Origin: a virus
Taxonomy: Duplodnaviria > Caudoviricetes
Reading direction: 5' to 3' (one strand)
DNA: 33,528 nucleotides
IMG/VR virus record: IMGVR_UViG_3300049141_000026
Coordinates: 1-33,528 of that record
A program made the position numbers and the translations under genes. Under the pieces are notes generated by a model that was not told the origin of the DNA, made no database searches, and worked only from the letters and a program-made list of their open reading frames with translations. Below, one piece after another: positions 25,899-33,409 of the stretch; positions within the stretch are counted from its first letter, which is position 1, and each line of letters begins with the position of its first letter.

Positions 25899-26846
25899 CT
25901 ACAGCGCCCAGTACGGCCCCTCGGCCAGGCGGTGCAGCAGCTTCACGGGCGAGCCGTCGGGCGAGGTGGCGCACACCTCGAAGCGGAGCGCCCGGCCGGC
26001 GGGGACGTCGCCGGAGCAGGTGAAGGTGTGGCCGCCGCCGCCCTTGAAGTTGTCCGTCAGGAAGTTGCTCGGGTTGCTGATCCCGTCGGAGTCGACCAGG
26101 AAGAAGTGGCCGGCGATGCGGGTGTCCGGGTGCGCGGCGAGGTCGAAGTACACCTTGACCTTCGTGTCGTGCCGGACGCCGGGCCCGTGGATAGGGGCCG
26201 TCCCCTCGAAGGCCAGTGAGACCCACTGGCCGGACTGGAGAAGGACGTCCGTCGCGTTGGGCTTGTTCAGCATCTGGGGCATGTCGGCGTCCTCCTCGGA
26301 CGGAGCGGGGGCGGGGGTCTGGCTGGAGGCCCGAGCGACGATGCCCGGGAAGACGATTTCGTGGAACTGGCGAACGCGAGCGTCCCCGGGGCAGCCGGTG
26401 CCGCTCACGGCCCAGTCCGCGTACATCCGGTGGTAGCCGTACCCGGGGTCGGAAGCGCTGCGGCAGATCCGGAGCGGGATGCCGTGCCGCTGGTGGAGCC
26501 ACACCCCCAGCTCGATCAACCGCTCCATCTGGACCGCGGTCCAGGGGTCGGTGTGCTGGAGGTTGGACGCGGTCTCGATGGAAACGGCGCCGGTACCGTC
26601 GGGTCGGAGGTTGGCCCGGTAGTTGGCGTCAGCCTTCGTCTCGGTACCGATGTACTGCGCCAGGTCGCCCTCGTAGCCGAGACCAAAATGGCTGTCCAGG
26701 TTGGTGCTGTCTCGCCAGTACTCGTACATCCGCCGCGCGGTCCACGGCGCGGCGATGCTGTGCGTGATGAACTGCGTCGGCCGGATGGCCGCCTGGGTGC
26801 TGGCCTCGGGCAGCTCCATGCGCTGCGCCTCGGGGTACCAAGCCAC
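25899..26846 (-). CDS. endolysin, N-acetylmuramoyl-L-alanine amidase (Amidase_2)
   Basis: ITHS, SHFG, SIET, GYH and CPG Zn-amidase motifs, a Pro/Ala linker and a C-terminal beta domain. GTG 26846 has an AGGAG RBS. Confidence 0.8.
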   Translation of the reverse strand: MAWYPEAQRMELPEASTQAAIRPTQFITHSIAAPWTARRMYEYWRDSTNLDSHFGLGYEGDLAQYIGTETKADANYRANLRPDGTGAVSIETASNLQHTDPWTAVQMERLIELGVWLHQRHGIPLRICRSASDPGYGYHRMYADWAVSGTGCPGDARVRQFHEIVFPGIVARASSQTPAPAPSEEDADMPQMLNKPNATDVLLQSGQWVSLAFEGTAPIHGPGVRHDTKVKVYFDLAAHPDTRIAGHFFLVDSDGISNPSNFLTDNFKGGGGHTFTCSGDVPAGRALRFEVCATSPDGSPVKLLHRLAEGPYWAL

Positions 26847-26854
26847 GTCTGCTC

Positions 26855-28795
26855 CTACCAGTTCGTGGAGCCGTCCCAGGCTCCCGCCCCGCCTGCTTGC
26901 AGGGCGAAGTCGATGTCCACGACCATCTGGCCCGCCTGGTCGCGCTCGGAGGTGAACTCCGAGTTGTTCGTGTGCCAGCCGCCGAAGTCGGAGACCATCA
27001 GCTCCCGGCAGCGGATCTCGGCGAACCACAGGGCCATGACGATGTCCGTCAGCCCCTTCGTCTCGGGGAACCATGAGCACAACTGCTCGATGAGCTGCCT
27101 CACGGCCTCCGACTGCGTCGGCGACGGCAGGCGGATCAGGTTGCGCTTCTCGCGCCAGCCGTCAAAGAGCATGGCCATGCTCGCCACGCCGAAGTCGGGG
27201 TCCCACTTGTTGGTGTTCGTGTGGTGCGGGCTGATCAGGCAGCCGCGCGCGTTCAGGTAGCTCTTGATGTCCTGGTCCTGCGGGATGCTGGCCTGATACG
27301 CGTTTTTCTCGATCCGCCACTCCGTGATGCCGTACCGCTCGGTGAGACGCTTGATCTCGCTGCGCATCTTGTGCGGCGGCATGCCGCGCTCGTTGACCAC
27401 GTCCAGCACCCAGCGCTGGCCGGTACGGCGATCCAGGCCCAGCACCACCATGGCCGTGCAGCCGGCGGCGGCCGGGTCGAGCCCGGCGATGACCAGCAGG
27501 CCGTCCATGCCGAACTTGCGGTGATCGCTCTGGCCGTCCATCAGGCGGCCCGGGTAGCGGGCCCGGTCGATGCAGCCCTGCACGTCCTCCTGCTTGAAGA
27601 TGGCGTCATCGGCCACCTGATCCTGCATGTAGACCATCGACCAGTTCCGCGGGGCCATGCGGGAGCGCTTGCGCGCCAGGGCCTTGCCTGGCCAGGCGGG
27701 CCACATGCCCTCCCGGGGCCAGCCCTCCGCCATCGCCTGGTTCCGGGCCGCCTTCGAGACCGGCGGCCGGTTCGTCTCCGGCCAGAGCGTGACCCAGTCC
27801 TTCGGGTCGTCAGCGAACTGCAAGACGGCCGGCTGGGTGAGGTACGTCCACGGCGACGCGCCGTCGGAGTAGTACTGGGGCTTCAGGATCTCGGAGTACA
27901 GGTCCACCGTCGCCATGCGGGTGCCGACCAGCAGCATGCGCCCACCCATGTCGGCGACGCGGGAGCCGACGATGTTCTGAATCCAGTCGATCTGGGCTTC
28001 GAACTGCTGGTGGTTGGTGTTGTCCACGCAGTCATCCATGATGACCAGGTCCGTACGCGTGCCGTAGATCTGGCCGCCCAAGCCGACGGCTTCGACCGTG
28101 TAGTCCTTCTCGCCGGAGTCCACGCCGGCCACGCGTATCTGCGTGGACGTCCAAGTGGACGCCCCCTCGCTCCAGCCGCCCGGCGGGCCGAAGTCCCGCT
28201 GAAGCTCGGCGTACGCCTTGGACTCGGCAAGGCGCTGCTTGATCGAGAACAAGAACTTGGCGGCGAGGGACTGCGTCTTGGAGATGAGCAGGATGCGGAT
28301 GGAGGGGTCCTGGACGATCCTCCAAGTCACGTAGTTCACCGTGATGGTGGTGGACTTCGCGTGCTCCGGCGGAGTGTTGATCAGGATCGTGTCAGGGTCA
28401 CCCTTCACGTACCGCTGCGCCGGATGCAGGTCCCGCGGATCGCGCCCCTCCAGCAGGTCGTACCACTGGAGGTGGTGCGCGAAGAGCTTGGTGTCCAGGT
28501 ACTGCTCGCAGAACTCCGGGAAGTCGGGGACTTCCTTGCGGGCGGCCTCGGCGCCCTCCACCTTCGCCAGCAGCGCACGGTCCATCATGTCCCGGTAGTC
28601 CGGGTCACTCTTGCGGTAGTACTCGTGCGTCTTGCGGCTCACGCCGGCCTGTCGGCAGCCCTCCTCGATGGTCTGCCCCATGCGGACCGCGGCGAGGATG
28701 CGCTGCTTCTTCTCCGCGGAGGAGAGCGTGGACCTGCGCCGGTCCCGCGGCTTGAGGCCCGGGAGCTGGTCAGGATCGGCGACGATGCGGGCCAT
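26855..28795 (-). CDS. terminase large subunit with N-terminal HTH extension
   Basis: Walker A-like PPEHAKST, Walker B VIMDD, coupling motif VGTR, nuclease motifs GLDPA and DIVMALW. ATG 28795 is coupled (TAATG) to the upstream small ORF. Confidence 0.9.
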   Translation of the reverse strand: MARIVADPDQLPGLKPRDRRRSTLSSAEKKQRILAAVRMGQTIEEGCRQAGVSRKTHEYYRKSDPDYRDMMDRALLAKVEGAEAARKEVPDFPEFCEQYLDTKLFAHHLQWYDLLEGRDPRDLHPAQRYVKGDPDTILINTPPEHAKSTTITVNYVTWRIVQDPSIRILLISKTQSLAAKFLFSIKQRLAESKAYAELQRDFGPPGGWSEGASTWTSTQIRVAGVDSGEKDYTVEAVGLGGQIYGTRTDLVIMDDCVDNTNHQQFEAQIDWIQNIVGSRVADMGGRMLLVGTRMATVDLYSEILKPQYYSDGASPWTYLTQPAVLQFADDPKDWVTLWPETNRPPVSKAARNQAMAEGWPREGMWPAWPGKALARKRSRMAPRNWSMVYMQDQVADDAIFKQEDVQGCIDRARYPGRLMDGQSDHRKFGMDGLLVIAGLDPAAAGCTAMVVLGLDRRTGQRWVLDVVNERGMPPHKMRSEIKRLTERYGITEWRIEKNAYQASIPQDQDIKSYLNARGCLISPHHTNTNKWDPDFGVASMAMLFDGWREKRNLIRLPSPTQSEAVRQLIEQLCSWFPETKGLTDIVMALWFAEIRCRELMVSDFGGWHTNNSEFTSERDQAGQMVVDIDFALQAGGAGAWDGSTNW

Positions 28796-28971
28796 TAACG
28801 GCCCCAGTGGTCGGTGCAGTACCCCAGGTTCCACGCCGGCTTGCCGCACGGCGTGCCCTGCTCGTCCACGCGGATGCACTGCTTCTCGTCCAGGAGCCCG
28901 GCCGCCAGGACGGCCGCCTGGGGCTCGGCGGGAGCTGACGGCCTCGACCTGCGCCACTTCCTGCCCGCCAT
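28795..28971 (-). CDS. small Cys/His protein (C....C.....GYCTDH), first late gene, not in the ORF track
   Basis: 58 aa, GGGAG RBS, stop overlaps the terminase ATG. Confidence 0.6.
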   Translation of the reverse strand: MAGRKWRRSRPSAPAEPQAAVLAAGLLDEKQCIRVDEQGTPCGKPAWNLGYCTDHWGR

Positions 28972-29019
28972 ACCCGTCTCCCGCGTCCCTGGGGGCCCTT
29001 CTGGGGGCCCGGCAGGGGC

Positions 29020-29048
29020 GGAAGGTACATCCGTGGGAATGCTTGTCC
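29020..29048 (-). promoter_or_regulatory. putative late promoter, degenerate copy at the head of the late operon
   Basis: The minus strand reads GGAC-N14-ATGTACCTTCC, with the same spacing as the other two copies. Confidence 0.45.
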
Positions 29049-29149
29049 TAGCAGGCCCTCAAATGCCCTGGTTTGAGCGGCGCATGAAAGTGTGTAGGAA
29101 CACACAAAAGCGACACGCCGGGAAAATTTGACTTTGGGGTATTTTCATC

Positions 29150-30030
29150 AGCTAAGCTCGACCCAGCGAAGCTCGACCGGAGGGAAAAAGCCCCTCCGCT
29201 CTCGCCAGCAGCGGACGAAGTCCGCAGCAACGCTCCAGCTCAGCGCAGGCCCGGCCCCCAAGCCGGGCCTTCTGCATGCTCGGGCCCATAAAGGGCCCAG
29301 GGAGAGCCGGCTGAGACCGGCTCAGCATGCTGGGGGGTTTAGCTGAGATCGATGGTTGGACACCATCGATCGAGCGAGGCCCCCGGGTTTAACACCCGGG
29401 GGTCAAAGCAGGCACAAGCAGGGCAAAGCATCAGCAGAGGCAGCAAAGCAGCGGCCTCCGGCCGCAGCAGGGGGCCTCGCTCGATCGAGCGAGGCGGACA
29501 GTCCCACCCCAGGCATGGGGTGCTCCTGTCCCAGCACAGCCGCACCTTCGGTGCATAGAGCAAGCACGAGCTGTGCGCCTTCGGCGCACTGCTGCGGGGA
29601 GCAGAGCACGCGTGCCCATGGGGCACGCAGCAGGGCGTGTGCTGCGTGGCTGTACGCCACGCTGCTGGGTGCAGCAGGCTCGTGCCGGACCGGGAGTCCG
29701 GGCACTCACCGGCCGCCCCTGTACGGGCCGTCAGGCGTCGTACGTGCCCCGGCCGATGGCCGGGAGCAGAGCACGCCCACGCATGCACGTGCCCGCGCAT
29801 ACGCGCGCGCGCGAGGCCGGCGAGCCCATGCTCGCCCCGGCAACCCCTTCCGCCCAGGACGTCCCTTGGGGACGTCACATGCGCACCAGGTGTCACAACG
29901 TGCCCAGTGCACGTTGTTAGCGACCGTCAGGCATATGCCTGGTGCCATGGTCCGGACCTGCGGTTACCCCGGGTACGGCGCAGTTGTGGTCATGGCGTGA
30001 CGACGAGTGGTCCACACCACGTGCACGAGT
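29150..30030. repeat. dense array of short inverted repeats and GCA-rich short repeats (non-coding; possible genome-end/origin region)
   Basis: Many hairpins, e.g. GCGGAC-GAA-GTCCGC, the 22-bp palindrome at 29474-29495, GTGCGCC-TTC-GGCGCAC and GACGTCCC-TTG-GGGACGTC. No credible ORF. Confidence 0.65.
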
Positions 30031-30166
30031 GGAAGGATCTTTCATCACAACCACGATCTTGGTCGCTTCAACCCTCAACAGACAATCGTTCGAGCTAAGG
30101 CAACCCTCATCAGTGCAGGTCAAGCCGGGTACGAAAAAAAACTTCGAGAATGTTTCCCTGAACCCC

Positions 30167-30196
30167 TTGACCACGATCGTGGTCAGAGCGCAGTCT
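30167..30196 (+). promoter_or_regulatory. host sigma70/HrdB-type early promoter overlapped by an 18-bp palindrome
   Basis: TTGACC-N18-CAGTCT, an upstream A-tract, and TGACCACGATCGTGGTCA at 30168-30185. Confidence 0.55.
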
Positions 30197-30609
30197 TGGA
30201 CCACGCCGCAAGGGAGCACCGGAAACGGGAGCAACCGGGCGGAGTCGAGGAATCTGAACGTGCCCGCCTTCACGGGTTGTTCACAGACCTCACAACCGCA
30301 GAGCATGGCCCCGTTGGACCAGCAGCCGCTGACAAGTCACGGGCAGGGCGCCAGGACATGGCGCGGAGCATCAGGCGCGGCTTTCAGTCGCAGACAAGCT
30401 CCGTGGGCACAGGTGGCGTTCCGTAGGGACTCAGAGCCCTACGGACGATGACGGGCAGTCTGTTGCCCGTCACTCGTCATGCGGGCAGGGGTGCAACCCC
30501 ATTCGCTCGGGATGAGCTGGACGCATGCTCGGTATCCCTGCCCGCTTGATGAGTAACCATCATGATCATTGCCGGTTGTGCCGGCACACCAGGAGAGGGG
30601 TATTTGATC

Positions 30610-30819
30610 ATGGACGTACAGCAGCACACCGAGGATGGCACCACGTACACCGTGGGACAGCGCGTCCAGCGCGTGGACTGGGAGAACGACGGCACGCCCG
30701 CCTATCAGGGCACGCTGGAGCGCATCGAGTTGGACGCGGGGGAGGCGTACTACTGGATTCGCTGGGACGGCACGCCCGCCGCAGACCATCACGGGCCGTA
30801 CGCGTTCCGGATCATCTGA
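30610..30819 (+). CDS. small beta-barrel (SH3-like) hypothetical protein
   Basis: RBS GGAGAGG; YTVGQRV...GTL...YYWIRWD pattern. Confidence 0.7.
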   Translation: MDVQQHTEDGTTYTVGQRVQRVDWENDGTPAYQGTLERIELDAGEAYYWIRWDGTPAADHHGPYAFRII

Positions 30820-30937
30820 GCCTGTAAGAGCCATCGAGCACCCGGACATGTGCCGGGTGCTCCCTTGGTTCCGCAGTCCAGCGGGACACGCCCGACCGAT
30901 CATCGGGCGTCCGATCGGCCTTGGAGAGGGACTGATC
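30820..30937 (+). promoter_or_regulatory. repeated structured intergenic leader, copy A
   Basis: Long stem with hairpin GAGCACCCGG/CCGGGTGCTC, hairpin CGCCCGA-CCGATCA-TCGGGCG, and an SD hairpin containing TTGGAGAGGG. Confidence 0.7.
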
Positions 30938-31420
30938 ATGATGCAGTTCGAGAGTGATGACACGGCAATTCTGCGTGTGCTGAACGCGCTAAGCGAGGGC
31001 GAGATCATCGACCACGGTACGGCGCGTGCCATTGCGTCGCAGTACAACGAGCCGGGCGTCTGCGAGTCGTTCGTGTCGACCGGCGCCATCCCGTCCGGCG
31101 AGGAGGGGGACAGCTCCACCCTGATCTACGCCCTCTTTGAGGGCACGGCGGAACACCCGGACTACGGGCTTCGCGCGGCGCGCGCCCTGGAAGAGTACAT
31201 CGAAGATCGCTTCGAGGCCGGCGACTGCGCACCCGTGCCCGGGTGGTCGGGCATGTGGGTCACGAAGCACGTGGACTACCCGCACGAGCCGGGGCGCCTG
31301 TATGACTGCTTGGCATGCGAAGCGGAGTGCTTCTGCAACCCGGGCGTCGGCTGGTCGCCGGATCTCAATGTCACGCCGTGCGTGTACTGCGCTGAGCAGA
31401 TGGACGCATTCGAATCCTGA
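30938..31420 (+). CDS. hypothetical acidic protein with C-terminal H-x-DYPH...C-xx-C...C-x-C...C-xx-C motif
   Basis: ATG 30938 follows leader A. Confidence 0.7.
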   Translation: MMQFESDDTAILRVLNALSEGEIIDHGTARAIASQYNEPGVCESFVSTGAIPSGEEGDSSTLIYALFEGTAEHPDYGLRAARALEEYIEDRFEAGDCAPVPGWSGMWVTKHVDYPHEPGRLYDCLACEAECFCNPGVGWSPDLNVTPCVYCAEQMDAFES

Positions 31421-31529
31421 TTTATCCGCCAGAGCATCGGGCGCATCCCCAACGGGGTGCGCCCCCTTGCTCTTACGGATGAGAGCACCGGCACTGATCA
31501 TGCCGGCAGATCTCTTGGAGAGGGAGATC
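31421..31529 (+). promoter_or_regulatory. repeated structured intergenic leader, copy B
   Basis: ATCCG..AGAGCA/TGCTCT..CGGAT stem, CCGGCA-CTGATCA-TGCCGG, and GATCTCTT-GGAGA-GGGAGATC-ATG. Confidence 0.75.
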
Positions 31530-32042
31530 ATGAACAGCAGCGACAACGAGCGCACGGGCGTCACGCGCGGATTCACCACGGACGCCAATGGCAACCACGA
31601 CCGCACTCCGGTGCTCGTGATTGACGGCACGGGCGAGCGCTACCGGCTGGTGCCGTTCGCGGGCCCCGTGATCGATTCGGGCTACGTGCTCGCCCAGAAC
31701 GCCCACACGGGCGTCAAGGTTCGTGAGCGGTACCAGACGGGCACCGACAACGGCGAGCACATCGCGTGGCGTGTGGATGGCTACGAGTGGCGGGGGTTCA
31801 AGGGGTACATGGTCCGTACCGAGGACCGGGGGCACGGCATCGTTGCCGTTTATGTCAAGGGCCCGGCCAGTGACATCAAGGGCATCGAGCGGGCCAGCCG
31901 CGCTTACGCCAAGACCCTGACGTTCGCGCCGGGCATGAAGCCCGGTGCGGTGGGTGGAGGCGGCGAGTTCACCGACGCGGGCGCCACGTACATCAGCCAG
32001 GACGTCCACCTGACGAAGCCGCTGCCCAAGCGCGAGGACTGA
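31530..32042 (+). CDS. hypothetical protein (MNSSDNERTG...)
   Basis: ATG 31530 follows leader B; 170 aa. Confidence 0.7.
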   Translation: MNSSDNERTGVTRGFTTDANGNHDRTPVLVIDGTGERYRLVPFAGPVIDSGYVLAQNAHTGVKVRERYQTGTDNGEHIAWRVDGYEWRGFKGYMVRTEDRGHGIVAVYVKGPASDIKGIERASRAYAKTLTFAPGMKPGAVGGGGEFTDAGATYISQDVHLTKPLPKRED

Positions 32043-32159
32043 CGCATCCGCCGGAGTGCCGGGCCGACTCACCGCGGTGAGTCGTGCCCGTGCTCTTACG
32101 GATGAGAGCACCCCGGGATTGATCCCCCGGGGCCTGATCTTCATGGAGAGGGAAGATCA
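32043..32159 (+). promoter_or_regulatory. repeated structured intergenic leader, copy C
   Basis: Shares TGCTCTTACGGATGAGAGCACC with copy B; CCCCGGG-ATTGATCC-CCCGGGG; TGATCTTC-ATGGAGAGG-GAAGATCA. Confidence 0.75.
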
Positions 32160-32423
32160 ATGAGCATCGAGACCACCAGCACCGCCGTAGCCGGTACGGA
32201 ATGGACGGTACGCAACCGGTACGAGACCACGGACGGCGACCGCGTTGCCCTGCTGTATCTGTACGGCCCGGAGGTGGACCGCTTCGCCGTGTCCTACTCC
32301 TACGCATGGCCGCACTCGCCCCAGTTCATCGAGTACGCGGAGCGCGTGGACGCGATCACCGCCTTCGTCCGGAGCCTCAACTACGCCGACCGTCGCGGCG
32401 TCGTGGCACACCGGGAGGGCTGA
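32160..32423 (+). CDS. hypothetical protein
   Basis: 87 aa after leader C. Confidence 0.7.
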   Translation: MSIETTSTAVAGTEWTVRNRYETTDGDRVALLYLYGPEVDRFAVSYSYAWPHSPQFIEYAERVDAITAFVRSLNYADRRGVVAHREG

Positions 32424-32426
32424 ACC

Positions 32427-32591
32427 ATGGGCTTCCTGATCACGCTCCTGGTGCTCCTGGCCGGCGCCGCACCGCAGTGCGTCGAGGAGGACGGCTCCAC
32501 GCAGAGCGTGTGCGTGTGGAGCGACGGCACGGGCGACACCGTGCTGAACATCGACAACGGCGCCTACTGGTTCACGCTGGGAGGTGAGTGA
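32427..32591 (+). CDS. small secreted/membrane protein (MGFLITLLVLLAGAAPQCVEEDGS...CVW), not in the ORF track
   Basis: GGAGG RBS, hydrophobic N-terminus, PxCxxED...CxW motif, 54 aa. Confidence 0.65.
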   Translation: MGFLITLLVLLAGAAPQCVEEDGSTQSVCVWSDGTGDTVLNIDNGAYWFTLGGE

Positions 32592-32824
32592 GCATGGCAT
32601 ACCGAGTTGTTCGTACCTTGCCTGACGGCACGGTCAAGACCAGCCCGACCACGGTGAAGACTAAGCGGCTCGCCGCGATCTTCGCGGGCGTTTCCCTGCA
32701 TGACAACACCGGGGCATCCAAGGTGGAAGCGCAGCGCTTCTCCATCGAGCTGGCAGCTCTACCGCTTGGAACCGACCTTACCCACGCGAGCGGGTACCGC
32801 TTCCGCGTGGAGAGCATCGACTGA
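32588..32824 (+). CDS. hypothetical protein
   Basis: GGAGG RBS; start is GTG 32588 or ATG 32594. Confidence 0.65.
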   Translation: MSMAYRVVRTLPDGTVKTSPTTVKTKRLAAIFAGVSLHDNTGASKVEAQRFSIELAALPLGTDLTHASGYRFRVESID

Positions 32825-32953
32825 CCCTGTCGGCCCAAGCCGAGCGCATCCCGTCCACCCCCGGGGTGCGCTCCCTTGGTCTTGCAGATCAGGACCACAC
32901 CGCCGACTGATCATCGGCGGCGCAGCAACTGCCTTTGGAGAGGGGCAGCAGTC
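32825..32953 (+). promoter_or_regulatory. repeated structured intergenic leader, copy D
   Basis: GAGCGCATCCCG/CGGGGTGCGCTC hairpin, CCGCCGA-CTGATCA-TCGGCGG, and CTGCCTT-TGGAGA-GGGGCAG. Confidence 0.75.
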
Positions 32954-33409
32954 ATGCAGCACATCATCGGACGTGTCTGGTACGGCACGGGACAGTACGC
33001 ACAGCGCACCCTGAGCCCGGGTGAGTGGGCCACGGAGATGCTGATCAGCCGGCAGGGCGGTGAGACGTCGTACCGGTGGACCGGAGAGGACCGGAACGGC
33101 GCGCGCCTGCACGTCGTGTGGATCACCGACCCCAAGGACATTGCGACGCTCATCGCGTTCGAGTTGTCGCTGGAGCCGACCGCCACCAACACCCAAGAGC
33201 GCCTGGAGCGCGAGTTGCTTCGACTCGACAGGGAGTACGAGCGTGCCATGGGGCACAACGCGTTCCTGTACGCCGACCGCGGCAAGGACATGGGCCCCGG
33301 CGCGTACCACTTCACGGAGGGCCGCGTCATGGTCGGCGTGCGCAACGCCCTGGTGCACATGAAGACCCTCATGCACGACCTGGCCACCGAGCTGGAAGGG
33401 AGCAAGTGA
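32954..33409 (+). CDS. hypothetical protein (MQHIIGRVWYG...)
   Basis: ATG 32954 follows leader D; 151 aa. Confidence 0.7.
   Translation: MQHIIGRVWYGTGQYAQRTLSPGEWATEMLISRQGGETSYRWTGEDRNGARLHVVWITDPKDIATLIAFELSLEPTATNTQERLERELLRLDREYERAMGHNAFLYADRGKDMGPGAYHFTEGRVMVGVRNALVHMKTLMHDLATELEGSK

Noticed and set aside
6866-28798. Long + strand ORFs opposite the structural genes (e.g. 23616-26219, 11353-13161, 27221-28798, 6866-8383)
   Set aside because: These are antisense shadow ORFs expected in high-GC3 DNA. They have no RBS or motifs, and the minus-strand genes carry clear phage motifs.
28796-28957. ORF-track extension of the terminase to 700 aa, and similar upstream extensions of the amidase (27080), SLOG protein (1473) and resolvase (2175)
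   Set aside because: The extensions overlap better-supported upstream genes. Coupled starts with an RBS lie at 28795, 26846, 1617 and 2286.
29048-30451. ORF-track ORFs in the divergent intergenic region
   Set aside because: They give low-complexity Ala/Arg/Cys translations of palindromic DNA, with no RBS and no codon bias.
30920-32945. GGA-loop hairpins as CsrA/RsmA binding sites
   Set aside because: The loop shape fits, but only one copy has the ANGGA consensus. No csrA-like gene is seen here, and CsrA is not a typical Streptomyces regulator.
30820-32953. Repeated leaders considered as a CRISPR array or integron attC sites
   Set aside because: The intervening sequences are whole genes, the repeats are not identical, and no cas or integrase gene is present. 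I saw no consistent RYYYAAC/GTTRRRY ends, and the G-U pairs favour + strand RNA.
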